In this document: positions 1 through 9,567 of the stretch, one piece after another
Layout of the letters: each line of letters begins with the position of its first letter
How positions within the stretch are numbered: position 1 is the stretch's first letter
Assembly: GCA_027036135.1 (NCBI GenBank)
Contig: JALVSY010000016.1
Coordinates: forward strand, 128,001-192,000
Source of the DNA: Pyrodictiaceae archaeon
GTDB lineage: Archaea; Thermoproteota; Thermoprotei_A; Sulfolobales; Pyrodictiaceae
DNA length: 64,000 nt
Direction of reading: 5' to 3'
The notes under the pieces: model-generated
Told to the model about the DNA's origin: nothing
Seen by the model: only the letters and a program-made list of their open reading frames with translations
The model's database searches: none
Program-made: the position numbers and the translations under genes

Positions 1-682
1 CCTCTCGTATTATCTCTGGTGTATCGCTCTTCACACCCCATAGCATGTCTATGTTAAGGGTCTTGAACTTGCCCCTAGCAGCCCTAACTGCCTCTAAGGA
101 GTGCTCTACGCTGTGGTGGAGTCGCCCGAGCTCCCGGAGCCTATCATCGCGTAATGCTTGTACGCCTATGCTGAGCCTCGTCACTCCCACTGAGCGCAGG
201 ACACTGACAGCATCATCGTTTATATCTAGGGGACTTGCCTCTGTTGACACACTTATGGCTCTTCCATAGTAGCTGCGAAGAAGATCTATGAACTCTGCTA
301 ACGAGTATACGTTTATTGATGGTGTTCCGCCACCTATGTAGACTACCTGTATCCTCGGGTTCTCCGCGACCGTTGCTAGCCACTCAGCCTCCTTCTTTAT
401 AGCGGCCATGTAGTCGGTATAGGCCTTTGGCTCGTACGCGTACCGTACAAAGCAACAGAACTTGCACAGCGGTGTATGGCAGAAGGGCATGTGGACGTAG
501 AGCGCATAGTCCCCGGGCTCGAGAGACGCTAGGTACTTGACGTGCTTCTCCCCGTTAAGGTTACTTGCCTCGATTTTCTCGAAGAAGCTTTCTACCCTTT
601 TAGTTACAAGCGGGCCAAGTATCTTACCGAGGACTTGGACTGTTCTGGGAACCGCTGAAGCATCTATACTACTTGTTGGCAT
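1..682 (-). CDS. HemN/coproporphyrinogen III oxidase-like radical SAM protein (runs off the window start; not in ORF track)
   Basis: Manual translation from ATG at 682: MPTSSID...YALYVHMPFCHTPLCKFCCFVRY...VYIGGGTPS...RLSIGVQA, the HemN-family motifs. Confidence 0.85.
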   Translation of the reverse strand, partial: MPTSSIDASAVPRTVQVLGKILGPLVTKRVESFFEKIEASNLNGEKHVKYLASLEPGDYALYVHMPFCHTPLCKFCCFVRYAYEPKAYTDYMAAIKKEAEWLATVAENPRIQVVYIGGGTPSINVYSLAEFIDLLRSYYGRAISVSTEASPLDINDDAVSVLRSVGVTRLSIGVQALRDDRLRELGRLHHSVEHSLEAVRAARGKFKTLNIDMLWGVKSDTPEIIRE

Positions 683-702
683 TTTATTTCATCTCGTCTA
701 TT

Positions 703-752
703 TTTCCCTAAACCCGGGCTATGCTTCATAGATACCCCGGGTTAATAGGAAA
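703..752. promoter_or_regulatory. Imperfect inverted repeat/hairpin in the divergent intergenic region
   Basis: AACCCGGG-CTATG-CTT-CATAG-ATAC-CCCGGGTT with partly pairing flanks. Confidence 0.4.
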
Positions 753-843
753 GGTGTCGGATATGTGCGAGCCGTCTCTGCATCCATAGCTCTTAAGCCT
801 AGGCGCCTATTCTTCATAAAGTAATACCGTTAGCATAGTATGC

Positions 844-3054
844 TTGGTGGAGAGAGACAACCCTGATACACTCGCCTCTCCTCAGGAGAAACACCGCCAA
901 GACTACGAGGGCCGGACAGCATTGGTAAGACCGGGAAGCGTTGCTCAGCCTATAGGGATGGTTACTGGAGATGCTAGGCCAGACTACTTCATATTTACAG
1001 CGGATCCTGATAACATACCGCCGCTCTACGACTACGTCTATGTTGAGGCCAAGGAGGTTCCACCGGGCGAGACAGAGCCAGTAACTGTAAAGATTCTTGC
1101 GCAGATACGCGGCATTAAGCGCTCAGCAATCGGAGTCTCCCCCGAGCACCCATGGCCCGTTCTGCGCAACCTCTCCCTCCCAAGGGGCAGCGACACCGTC
1201 GTGGCCGCCGCGAAGGTTCTCGGGTACAAGTGGCGCGGAGGGATATACTATCCGCGGCACGCGCCCCCCGTAGGTACATGGGTCTACTTGGCCCCGGACA
1301 AGCTCCTCGAGGAATTCTACTCCGTTGAGGAGGCTAGAAGGCTTCATGTGGGCTACCTTATCTCGAGACCAACTGTTCCGGCCTTCCTCGATCTTGAGGG
1401 AGTTAAGCGTCACGTAGCAATCATAGCTGCTACTGGTGCTGGCAAGACATGGGCAAGCGTGGTACTCATAGAGGAGTTACTGAAGAAGGGAGCAACAATA
1501 ATCGTGCTTGACCCCCACGGCGAGTACACTGCCATGAAGAGGACTGTTCATAGACTAGGCAAGGGCTACGAGAACGCAGTGAGGATTATCAAGGGGCACC
1601 GGGAGCAGGACGGTGATATACAGTACAGCATCAGCATCGCCGATATGACTGCCGAGGAGCTCGCCTCTATAGCTGGCGTGCCCTCGAAGGCCACTAGGAT
1701 AAGGAGCGTAATCTATGGCGCGAAGAGGCTCTCTAGGTGGATGGCTGAGGCAACCGGCGAGCCTAGGTGGAGGGGACTAAGAGGCATAATAAGAATAATA
1801 CAAGCAGCTATCGATGCCGCTGAGATTACCAGGACACAGGGGAATATGAGGCTTGAAGTCTTTGCCCAGAACCTAGCTACGAGGCTCGCTATGAAAGCTG
1901 GTAAGGCCCAAGATGAGCTAAAAACTATTCAGCAGAGGCTCCGAGAACTCACAGCTCTCGACGAGGGTGTCGGAAAAGGTATTAGGAGACTATGGCTGAG
2001 CCTCGGCAGAGATACGTCACCAGGCTATGACGCGATAAGGTACCTCGACGAGCTCGTGAGGATAGGCGTCTATGGTACTCGTACCATCCCGCTTGACGTG
2101 TTGCTTGAGCCGGGCACTGTGACGGTAATTAATCTTGCTGGTCTTAGAGCCGAGGTACAGGATCACCTAGTCTACAATATCCTCTACAGAGTATTTAGTG
2201 CACGACTACGCTACCTTAGACGACTACCAGGAGAGAGCTACCCATACCCTGTTGTCGTTGTGCTCGAGGAGGCTCATAGATTCGTTCCCCCGAGAACCCA
2301 GAGGCAGACGAGAAGCAGAGACATAGTTGCCACAATAGCCTCTGAGGGTAGGAAGTTCGGCGTATTCCTGGTAGCTATAACTCAGAGGCCTAGCCGGCTT
2401 GACCCCGATGTGCTGAGCCAGCTCCAGGGCCAGATAATCCTCAGAATAGTTAACCCAAGGGACCAGGAAGCTATACGTGACTCTAGCGAGCAGGTAAGCC
2501 AAGACTTACTAGATAACCTGCCAGGGCTGAATACAGGCGAGGCAGTTGTTGTTGGGCCATTGTCTCCGGCGCCCATTATGATGAGGCTACGTGACCGCGT
2601 ACTGAGCTATAGTGGAGGCGACATAAGCCTCGTAGAGGCATGGAGCGGTACTAGGAGTGATCTAAGAGTCATCGAGGAGCTTCGCAGAGAGATCATGGAG
2701 AAGGTGACTAGTATCACGGGTGACCGCTATGCTGGTGTCGCAGAGGCTCTCTCGGAGCTAACTGGGCTCGATATATCGCCTAGCTCTGCTGACCATGCGC
2801 TGAGACTTATTGTTAGGGAGAGTGTATGGGCTAGTTTCAACGAAGAGTTGGGAATAGTCTCTGGCGAGGTCGTTTACCATGATGGCAGGAGCTGCGAGGC
2901 CCGGGTAGACCTCGAGTCTAGGAAAACTAGTTGCTCGTGTTGCGGCGAGAGGCTCTGCGGTCACGTAGTCGCTGTCCTTATCCGAGCACTACTCGATGAT
3001 CTCCTAGCGCCTACACGTGGTGTCTCTGAGGAGCCTTGGTCAGAGCTGCTCTGA
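844..3054 (+). CDS. HerA/DUF87-family ATPase with N-terminal HAS-barrel-like region and C-terminal SWIM-type zinc finger
   Basis: RHVAIIAATGAGKT (Walker A), LDPHGEY, VVLEEAHRF (Walker B), EGRKFG, TQRPS; C-terminal CSCCGERLCGH. Confidence 0.85.
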   Translation: MVERDNPDTLASPQEKHRQDYEGRTALVRPGSVAQPIGMVTGDARPDYFIFTADPDNIPPLYDYVYVEAKEVPPGETEPVTVKILAQIRGIKRSAIGVSPEHPWPVLRNLSLPRGSDTVVAAAKVLGYKWRGGIYYPRHAPPVGTWVYLAPDKLLEEFYSVEEARRLHVGYLISRPTVPAFLDLEGVKRHVAIIAATGAGKTWASVVLIEELLKKGATIIVLDPHGEYTAMKRTVHRLGKGYENAVRIIKGHREQDGDIQYSISIADMTAEELASIAGVPSKATRIRSVIYGAKRLSRWMAEATGEPRWRGLRGIIRIIQAAIDAAEITRTQGNMRLEVFAQNLATRLAMKAGKAQDELKTIQQRLRELTALDEGVGKGIRRLWLSLGRDTSPGYDAIRYLDELVRIGVYGTRTIPLDVLLEPGTVTVINLAGLRAEVQDHLVYNILYRVFSARLRYLRRLPGESYPYPVVVVLEEAHRFVPPRTQRQTRSRDIVATIASEGRKFGVFLVAITQRPSRLDPDVLSQLQGQIILRIVNPRDQEAIRDSSEQVSQDLLDNLPGLNTGEAVVVGPLSPAPIMMRLRDRVLSYSGGDISLVEAWSGTRSDLRVIEELRREIMEKVTSITGDRYAGVAEALSELTGLDISPSSADHALRLIVRESVWASFNEELGIVSGEVVYHDGRSCEARVDLESRKTSCSCCGERLCGHVVAVLIRALLDDLLAPTRGVSEEPWSELL

Positions 3055-3232
3055 CGGACTACTCCTTCTATTTAAGCTTATTCCTACATCGCCTCGGGGC
3101 AAGCGACCAAGAGGTTTTAACGCACAGCCATGAGTAGAGTACTTGCAGAGGTGCTACACACCACCCATCGCCTATCTACTCAGGAGAATAGAGAATCCCT
3201 CTTGACCACGCGTAGAGGAGGGCTGGTATGGT

Positions 3233-4099
3233 GTGTCCATAACAGTAGCGCTCATACACATGAGGCTTAAGCCCCTAGCCAAGAAGAGTAATCTCGAGAA
3301 AGCAAGGAAGCTCGTGAGAGAAGCAGCGCTAAAGGGTGCAAGCGTCGCCGTGCTTCCCTCCTTTGTTAATACGGGTCCCTTCTTCCTCTACTATCCACGT
3401 ACTCGTAACAAGTCAATAGCCCGTAACCAGGCTGAACGTGTACCTGGTAGCACCTTCGAGTACTTGTCGATGATGGCGATAGAGAATGGCATCTACTTGA
3501 TAGCTGGCCCCATAGTTGAGAGAGCTGGGCCGAAGATGTTCCTCACGACACTAGTGATAATGCCCAATGGCGCGCTGCTTACAAAGTATCGTAAGATAAG
3601 TTGTAACATTGTTGACGAGGATCTAGGGATAAGCCCTGGCAGAGAAGTAGTAGTATTCAATGAAGTAGGTAGAGCAATGGGCATAATGTCGGAGGACGAT
3701 ATCTACTACCCAGAGATAGCGCGCGCCCTCCTCCTGGGGGGCGCAACAGCATTTGTCACCACGCTAAGGCCCGGCGAGGATGTGAACAAGGTTAAGCTTA
3801 CACTCCTAGCCAGGAGCATGGAGAATAAGGTACCAATACTCGCTGTTGGAGGCGCGTTCGAGACCGTAGAAAACGTAATAGATATCCCGACAATGGTTGT
3901 TGACCCGCAGAACGGTATCGTAGAGGAGATCAATGAGCCCAAGGATACTTTTCTCCTAGTAGAGGTAATGGAGAAGCCTAGCAACATGCGGGACATAGTT
4001 GATGCAAGCCTACGAGCAAAAACCCTTGCATCAATACTCTGCAAAGCAGCCAAGGAAAGCCTAATAGAGAACCTTGTATCGAAATACCGCCAACAATAA
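3233..4099 (+). CDS. Carbon-nitrogen hydrolase (nitrilase) superfamily protein, catalytic Glu and Cys apparently lost
   Basis: Fold motifs NLEKARKLVREAA, VAVLPS, YRKI, PG, YPEIARALLLGGA, ARSMEN. Confidence 0.8.
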   Translation: MSITVALIHMRLKPLAKKSNLEKARKLVREAALKGASVAVLPSFVNTGPFFLYYPRTRNKSIARNQAERVPGSTFEYLSMMAIENGIYLIAGPIVERAGPKMFLTTLVIMPNGALLTKYRKISCNIVDEDLGISPGREVVVFNEVGRAMGIMSEDDIYYPEIARALLLGGATAFVTTLRPGEDVNKVKLTLLARSMENKVPILAVGGAFETVENVIDIPTMVVDPQNGIVEEINEPKDTFLLVEVMEKPSNMRDIVDASLRAKTLASILCKAAKESLIENLVSKYRQQ

Positions 4100-4282
4100 T
4101 CATTAATTAAAATCCAACAATACTACGGAAAATGCAAGCTTAGTACTATTGATAAAAACCACTACGCCGGGCAGAGTGCTAAGCCTAGGATTATCTATAC
4201 GTGCCCCGCTTCTCTTAATGCTAGCTTATGGGATGCTCCTCTTATGCTAGCACTAATTGTGTGGCCCTTTACGCCTCGTTTT

Positions 4283-4339
4283 ATAACCTGGTTATCTGTT
4301 CAAAGCCAACTTATTTTTAGACCTGGTTAACACGAGTTA
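4283..4339. promoter_or_regulatory. Palindromic candidate operator(s) upstream of the thiamine-binding protein gene
   Basis: Perfect ATAACC-T-GGTTAT at 4283-4295; the core ACCTGGTTA repeats at 4321-4329. Confidence 0.5.
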
Positions 4340-4364
4340 AATAATATCGTGGAGAGGAGAAGCC

Positions 4365-5549
4365 ATGAGCAGAGCGGTCCTCGTCTCACTTGTAGTTATA
4401 GTGGCTATAGTTGCTGGTCTCGTGGGCTACTACGCGGGTAAGGAAGGCACGAAGACTCAGACAATAACAGTGACTCCGGCTGGGACGCAAAAACCGAGCA
4501 CCGTAACTGTTACAATGACGCCTAAGCCCAAGAAGCTTAAAGTATATGTCTACAGCGACTTCATGGCGTGGGGCTCCGATCCTAAGTTATTCGACAAGCT
4601 GGTAAGGGATTTCGAGAAGGAGACAGGAATAAGCGTTGAGATACGTAAATTCGATGACGCCAGGACTATGGTTACGACCGCTATAGCTGAGTACAAGAAA
4701 GGAGTAAAGACAGCTGATATACTCATAGGCGTTGATAGCCTACTAGTAGCCGAGTTAAAGAATAACAATATGCTCCAGTGCTACTTATCGCCATTCGCTG
4801 ACCCTAAGCTAGCAGAGGCGCTTGACCCAGAGAAGTGCGTGACGCCCATAGACTATGGTCTTATCGCCCTTGTCTATGATCCTTCGAGGCTATCTAAGGA
4901 CGAGCTAGCAATGATAGAGAACGGTGTTACCCTCAGTGAGCTAGTCAAGCTAGCGCCCAGAATAGTGACAGAGGACCCAACTAAGAGTAGTCCTGGGCTA
5001 AACTTCCTACTCTACACAATAGCCCTAGCTAACAAGGCCGGGCTTGACTGGAAGACACTATGGAAGCAAATGAAGAATAACAAGCTACTCGTACTAGGCT
5101 CTTGGAGCGACGCATTCAACGAGTTCATGCGCAAGGGTAGTACCAGAGCCATAGTCGTGAGCTATGGTACTGATCCAGCATATAGCGCGTGGGAGAACCT
5201 CAGACACGGCAAGCCAATGAAGCCCAGCATTAATGCAACAGTACTAGTACTCAACGGCAAGAGGTATGGATGGGTACAGGTAGAGGGTGTTGCTATACTC
5301 AAGGGAGCAGACATGGATGCTGCCAAGAAGTTTGTTAACTGGCTACTAAGTATTGAGGTACAGAGCCTCATACCAGAGAATCAGTGGATGCTGCCAGCAA
5401 GGCCCGGGGTGTCTCTCCCAGTGTTCTATAAGTATGCATTGACCGAGAAGGATGTAGACGAGTTAGCAAACACTCTGCTACCGCCCCAGGAGATTTCAAA
5501 GAACCTAGAGAACTGGCTAACACAGTGGCTAAGCATCATGAGCAAGTAA
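4365..5549 (+). CDS. Thiamine ABC transporter substrate-binding protein (ThiB/TbpA-like)
   Basis: N-terminal TM anchor plus Thr-rich linker; VYVYSDF, PIDYG, DPTKSSPG, VVSYGTDP, QVEGVAI, NQWMLP. Confidence 0.8.
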   Translation: MSRAVLVSLVVIVAIVAGLVGYYAGKEGTKTQTITVTPAGTQKPSTVTVTMTPKPKKLKVYVYSDFMAWGSDPKLFDKLVRDFEKETGISVEIRKFDDARTMVTTAIAEYKKGVKTADILIGVDSLLVAELKNNNMLQCYLSPFADPKLAEALDPEKCVTPIDYGLIALVYDPSRLSKDELAMIENGVTLSELVKLAPRIVTEDPTKSSPGLNFLLYTIALANKAGLDWKTLWKQMKNNKLLVLGSWSDAFNEFMRKGSTRAIVVSYGTDPAYSAWENLRHGKPMKPSINATVLVLNGKRYGWVQVEGVAILKGADMDAAKKFVNWLLSIEVQSLIPENQWMLPARPGVSLPVFYKYALTEKDVDELANTLLPPQEISKNLENWLTQWLSIMSK

Positions 5550-5605
5550 TGAGAGCAAGCAAATACATCGCCTAAATAATAGCCTAGCGGAGAATAATGA
5601 ACTAA

Positions 5606-6595
5606 TCATTGCGTTTTTCCCTCATGCTGCTCCTCCGTCCTCCTTACATGGCGCCGAGCATACCTCTTCATACTACGTGGTGGAGGCCTCGTTCTACGAG
5701 CCGGAACGAAGACTACCAGGGCACGGAGAACCTCGGGGACCTCGTGTACTAGTTTTCGCGCTATCCGCATCGACTCGCGATGAGCTGTTCCAAGAGTCAT
5801 GCCGGGTGGTGCTTCTAGCCATAGTTCTACCTCATAGAATGTACCGTAGCTCTCTATCTTGAGGCGCCTAACCCTGCTATACCTTGTTGCTTGCCTAACA
5901 GTGCTTAGTACTTTGGCTCGGATCTCCCTGTACACGTGATGCGGAGTAATACCTATGAGGTGATATACTGCTTCCTGGGCTATCCCTATCACACCATAGG
6001 ATACATAGATACCCATAATTATCGAGGCTATTTGTTCAACAAGGGTACTGCTTAGGAGATTAGACAAGACTATCGCAATGCCACCGGCTAGCTCTAGTAC
6101 AAAGTCCAGACTTAGCTTCTCAGCGATAGCACGGATACTTACTATTCTTAGCCCTACTTGGCTAAGCCCCCGCCTAGCTAGTTTCTCAAGCACAAGGCTA
6201 GTGGCACTACTCGTGAAGAGGTATAGTGAGTAAATCGCTGGAGTAATGCCCACGTGGCTACTAAGTAGGTTCCTTATTATCGCTAGCACTGTTACTACAA
6301 GGGCTATGAACGAGGTTATTAGGACGGCTAGCGACTCTATTCTTAGAACCTCGTACCTTGTGCGATAAATGAGGGCCCGTGACGCTGCTATCTTGAGGGC
6401 TACTGCTAACCCGCCAAACGACATAGCTTCTACAAGCCAGATTAATCCCTCCATTAGTATTACATCAGAGCCAGTAACCATATATAGGATTATGCCGACC
6501 AACGATAAAGCAAGAGAGACAAGCGATATAATGTACGTTGTTCTTACAGCCCTAGTAGCCGTCAATATCTTCCTCACAGCTATCCGTCTCACCAA
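5606..6595 (-). CDS. Cation diffusion facilitator (CDF) family transporter, divergent
   Basis: About 6 TM helices, RIESLA motif, C-terminal dimerisation domain (PPGMTLGTAHRES...VFVP). Confidence 0.7.
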   Translation of the reverse strand: MVRRIAVRKILTATRAVRTTYIISLVSLALSLVGIILYMVTGSDVILMEGLIWLVEAMSFGGLAVALKIAASRALIYRTRYEVLRIESLAVLITSFIALVVTVLAIIRNLLSSHVGITPAIYSLYLFTSSATSLVLEKLARRGLSQVGLRIVSIRAIAEKLSLDFVLELAGGIAIVLSNLLSSTLVEQIASIIMGIYVSYGVIGIAQEAVYHLIGITPHHVYREIRAKVLSTVRQATRYSRVRRLKIESYGTFYEVELWLEAPPGMTLGTAHRESMRIARKLVHEVPEVLRALVVFVPARRTRPPPRSMKRYARRHVRRTEEQHEGKTQ

Positions 6596-6831
6596 GGCCG
6601 CCTACCTCCTCAGCCATAGCGCCTGCTCGGATCAAATTGGCGCAAGGCAATAGACAGTAGGAGCATAGCGCTTATCCTTATTTGACCAGCTGCGAGCCTC
6701 TACCTCTTAGCCCAGGATGCTTGAAAATAGTGACTAATTAGCCTAGATTTACATAGCGCTAAGAGTAAAACCATGTTCTAGTAATGGGGCATGCAATCAT
6801 GCAGCTTCAAATGGTATTGATTAGTGCTGTT

Positions 6832-7614
6832 TCATTGCTGGGTGCTTGTCTCTGCTTGGCTGGGTAGCTTAACTCTTATTCGGACCTCTTCAAGGCCCTT
6901 ATCGGTTATCATGAATGGTACCCAGCCATAGGCTACGGGTACGCCGCGAGCCTTCTTGATCAGTATTTCTTTCACGGAGTAGCCTGCCTCCATGGCTGCT
7001 GAGTGGTACCTCGTAACTATGAACACGTCTACCATGTACTCCATCGTTGCGGCTATATCGGCGTATAACTGGGTGGGTGTATGCAGCGTAGCGAATACTG
7101 GCATGCCTCGTTTCTTCGCTATGAGTATTCTCAGCATATTGACAAAGTCATAGACCATGTTGGCGTCATGCCACTGGAAGAACGGGTTAAGACTGTCAAG
7201 AACAATGGCTCCCTTACCTCTTATACCCTTTGCATCTAGTACCCTTGTTATAGTGGATATTGCTGCGTGTATATCCAGGCTTCTGAGGCGATCAGCTATG
7301 GGTGCTTCTGTCTCGTAGCCATAGCGTCCACCATACCCATCTATAAAGACTAGTTTCCCTTCATTGACAAACCTTCTTGCCTCTATACCCTTGAACTCAA
7401 GTGACTCTATTATATCGGCCGGGTCATCGTCAAGTGCTAGGTATATGATGGGCTCGTCTCGGTTCAAGAGGCTTGCTGCTATTTGTTGGATTATATAGGT
7501 TTTTCCGGTTCCGCCCTCGCCTGCTAGGAGGACGAAGCTATTACGCCAAATACCTTTGGGGAGAAGCTTGTCTAGAAGGGGTATGTTAAATCTTATGAGC
7601 ATTTCTTCTCCCAA
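6832..7614 (-). CDS. KaiC/RAD55-like RecA-superfamily ATPase (single domain)
   Basis: LDKLLPKGI, GEGGTGKT, IVLDSL, EYMVDV, IKKARG. Confidence 0.85.
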   Translation of the reverse strand: MGEEMLIRFNIPLLDKLLPKGIWRNSFVLLAGEGGTGKTYIIQQIAASLLNRDEPIIYLALDDDPADIIESLEFKGIEARRFVNEGKLVFIDGYGGRYGYETEAPIADRLRSLDIHAAISTITRVLDAKGIRGKGAIVLDSLNPFFQWHDANMVYDFVNMLRILIAKKRGMPVFATLHTPTQLYADIAATMEYMVDVFIVTRYHSAAMEAGYSVKEILIKKARGVPVAYGWVPFMITDKGLEEVRIRVKLPSQAETSTQQ

Positions 7615-7752
7615 GGCGAGCTTCTACCACAGTTAATGTATTCCCTGCTAGAGTAAAAATATACATATTGGTTTAGACTAGGAATAGTACATAAATACGA
7701 CTCGAAGAAGACCATAGTATCTAGAGAATGTGCTTGAACCACATGTTCTCTG

Positions 7753-8427
7753 GTGCTGGTCTTGAAGTGGTTTAAGGAGAACGGGCCTGCTTATACTATT
7801 CTCCGTGTATTGCTTGAGCCCGGCGAAGAGGTATATGCCGAACCTGGTGCACTAATGCTGACGCGTGGAGACATAGATGTCAAGACGAGTAGCGGCGGTA
7901 TAGGGAAAGCGTTGGCAAGGAAGCTTCTCGGCGGCGAGAGCTTCTTCATTAATAGGTACCATGCTTTAAGCGAGGCTGAGATATGGTTCGTGCCATCAAC
8001 CCCAGGTGATATAGAGACTATAGAGATGAGCCACGATGAGTGGATAATCCAGGACACTAGTTACCTCGCTCATAGCGGCGATATAGATATCAGCGCTAAG
8101 TTTACCGGGCTGCGAGGCCTCATAGCGGAGGGTAGCTTGTTCTGGCTACGCGCTAGCGGCAGCGGCTTGCTATGGGTCTCAAGCTACGGGGCTATCCGGA
8201 GAGTAGAGGTAGGATCGGGAGAGAAACTCATCGTAGATAACTATCACTTCGTGGCAATGCCCGCTGACACGAACTATGTCGTGAAGAAGTTCGGCGGCCT
8301 TAAGACATTCCTATTCGGCGGCGAGGGCTTCGTCATAGAGGTTAGGGGCCCTGCAACAATCTATGTCCAGACCAGGATACTGCCACCGCTAGCGAAGCTA
8401 CTTAGTAGATACATCTCGAGAGACTAA
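7753..8427 (+). CDS. TIGR00266/AIM24 family protein
   Basis: AEPGALM, GGESFF, PGDI, FGGEG, YVQTR repeats. Confidence 0.9.
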   Translation: MLVLKWFKENGPAYTILRVLLEPGEEVYAEPGALMLTRGDIDVKTSSGGIGKALARKLLGGESFFINRYHALSEAEIWFVPSTPGDIETIEMSHDEWIIQDTSYLAHSGDIDISAKFTGLRGLIAEGSLFWLRASGSGLLWVSSYGAIRRVEVGSGEKLIVDNYHFVAMPADTNYVVKKFGGLKTFLFGGEGFVIEVRGPATIYVQTRILPPLAKLLSRYISRD

Positions 8428-8445
8428 GGACCAGGTGTCTCTCCT

Positions 8446-9426
8446 TCAGGGAGGTGTATGTCTCCAGAGAGATATCGGTGAAGGCTCTACAAGGCCTGGC
8501 CTATTTTTCCCTTCCCTAAGCCTTCTAAGCGCCCTCGATATTGGCTCTGCGTCAAACGCTATGGTTGTGTGAAGCGCTGCTAGGCCAACGTACTCGCCGA
8601 ATCTCCGGTGAAGCTCTGCATCAACAGCTTGTTCAGGGACACCGTAGGCCTCTGATGCTAGGCGCTTAAGCCACCTATCAAGGGGGAGTGCACCATAGTC
8701 CCGGCAAGCGAGGAGCCTCATCAGTGCCAGTGTATATTTTCCTACTCCTCTTACCTCTCTTGCCTCATCTATATCACTGCAACCTAGCTCATATATTCGC
8801 CTCCTAATTGCCTCCATTACTGTTCTGGCTCGGTACCCAAGCCCAGCCTTCCTCAAGAGGTCTAAGCTAAGGTTCTCGGGCAGGGGTGTCTCGAGGTATA
8901 CGCCCATACCCTTTGCTGCGAGCCTCCTAGATACTAGTCTGTGGAGGCGATAGAGCATACCCCATCCCTGCTTGAAGCTCGCGTTTTGCTGGCATACCGC
9001 TATGAGGAATGCCGCCCAGATACTGGTGCCACGGAGCCTTAGCCCGGGCATTGTCTCGGCCACACCGCCCACAAGGGGGTCGCCGCGGGCTCTTCTCCAG
9101 TAGTCTGTGAGGTCTTCCCATATGCCTAGGCGGTACTCGAGCTCGCCGAGCTTTTCTTCCCAGCAATTATTCCCGGGCTCGCTGAATACCTTGAGGCTTA
9201 GAACACCATTATCCTCCGAGAGTACTGCTATGGCTCCTCTACAGAGCTCTATTCTGTGAACGCTGCCGTCGTACATCCAGCCAAAGCTATACGTCATGGC
9301 TGTGTGGTGGAAGCTATATCCCTTATCTGTCTCCACGAGCGCCTCGTATACCGGCCCCAATAGCCTTACATCCTCCAAGACCTTGCTCCCACCTATGAGG
9401 CGGGCAACAACGCTTAAGTCTAGCAA
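8446..9426 (-). CDS. HhH-GPD DNA glycosylase (AlkA/Ogg-like)
   Basis: AVCQQNAS, GLGYRAR, HhH VRGVGKYT, PLDRW. Confidence 0.8.
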   Translation of the reverse strand: MLDLSVVARLIGGSKVLEDVRLLGPVYEALVETDKGYSFHHTAMTYSFGWMYDGSVHRIELCRGAIAVLSEDNGVLSLKVFSEPGNNCWEEKLGELEYRLGIWEDLTDYWRRARGDPLVGGVAETMPGLRLRGTSIWAAFLIAVCQQNASFKQGWGMLYRLHRLVSRRLAAKGMGVYLETPLPENLSLDLLRKAGLGYRARTVMEAIRRRIYELGCSDIDEAREVRGVGKYTLALMRLLACRDYGALPLDRWLKRLASEAYGVPEQAVDAELHRRFGEYVGLAALHTTIAFDAEPISRALRRLREGKNRPGLVEPSPISLWRHTPP

Positions 9427-9567
9427 AGAAACGCCGAGGCTACGCAGTAGGCCCCTGGCTCTCTCCTAGATGGGTGGGAGCCCTGTGGCCCAGGATAACT
9501 CCCCACGTATTACGGTATTTAGGCCTTTACCACGAATGCCTCAAATGACGGGACTAGGAGGGTCACT

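Noticed and set aside
45-731. Plus-strand ORFs 45..269 and 537..731
   Set aside because: Antisense shadows of the minus-strand HemN-like gene
4100-4364. TPP riboswitch upstream of the thiamine-binding protein
   Set aside because: No CTGAGA or other TPP aptamer core found
9427-9510. In-frame TAG upstream of the glycosylase with protein-like sequence on both sides and a nearby hairpin (possible readthrough)
   Set aside because: No start codon upstream in that frame and no Pyl/Sec machinery evident; a CTG or TTG start after the stop is simpler
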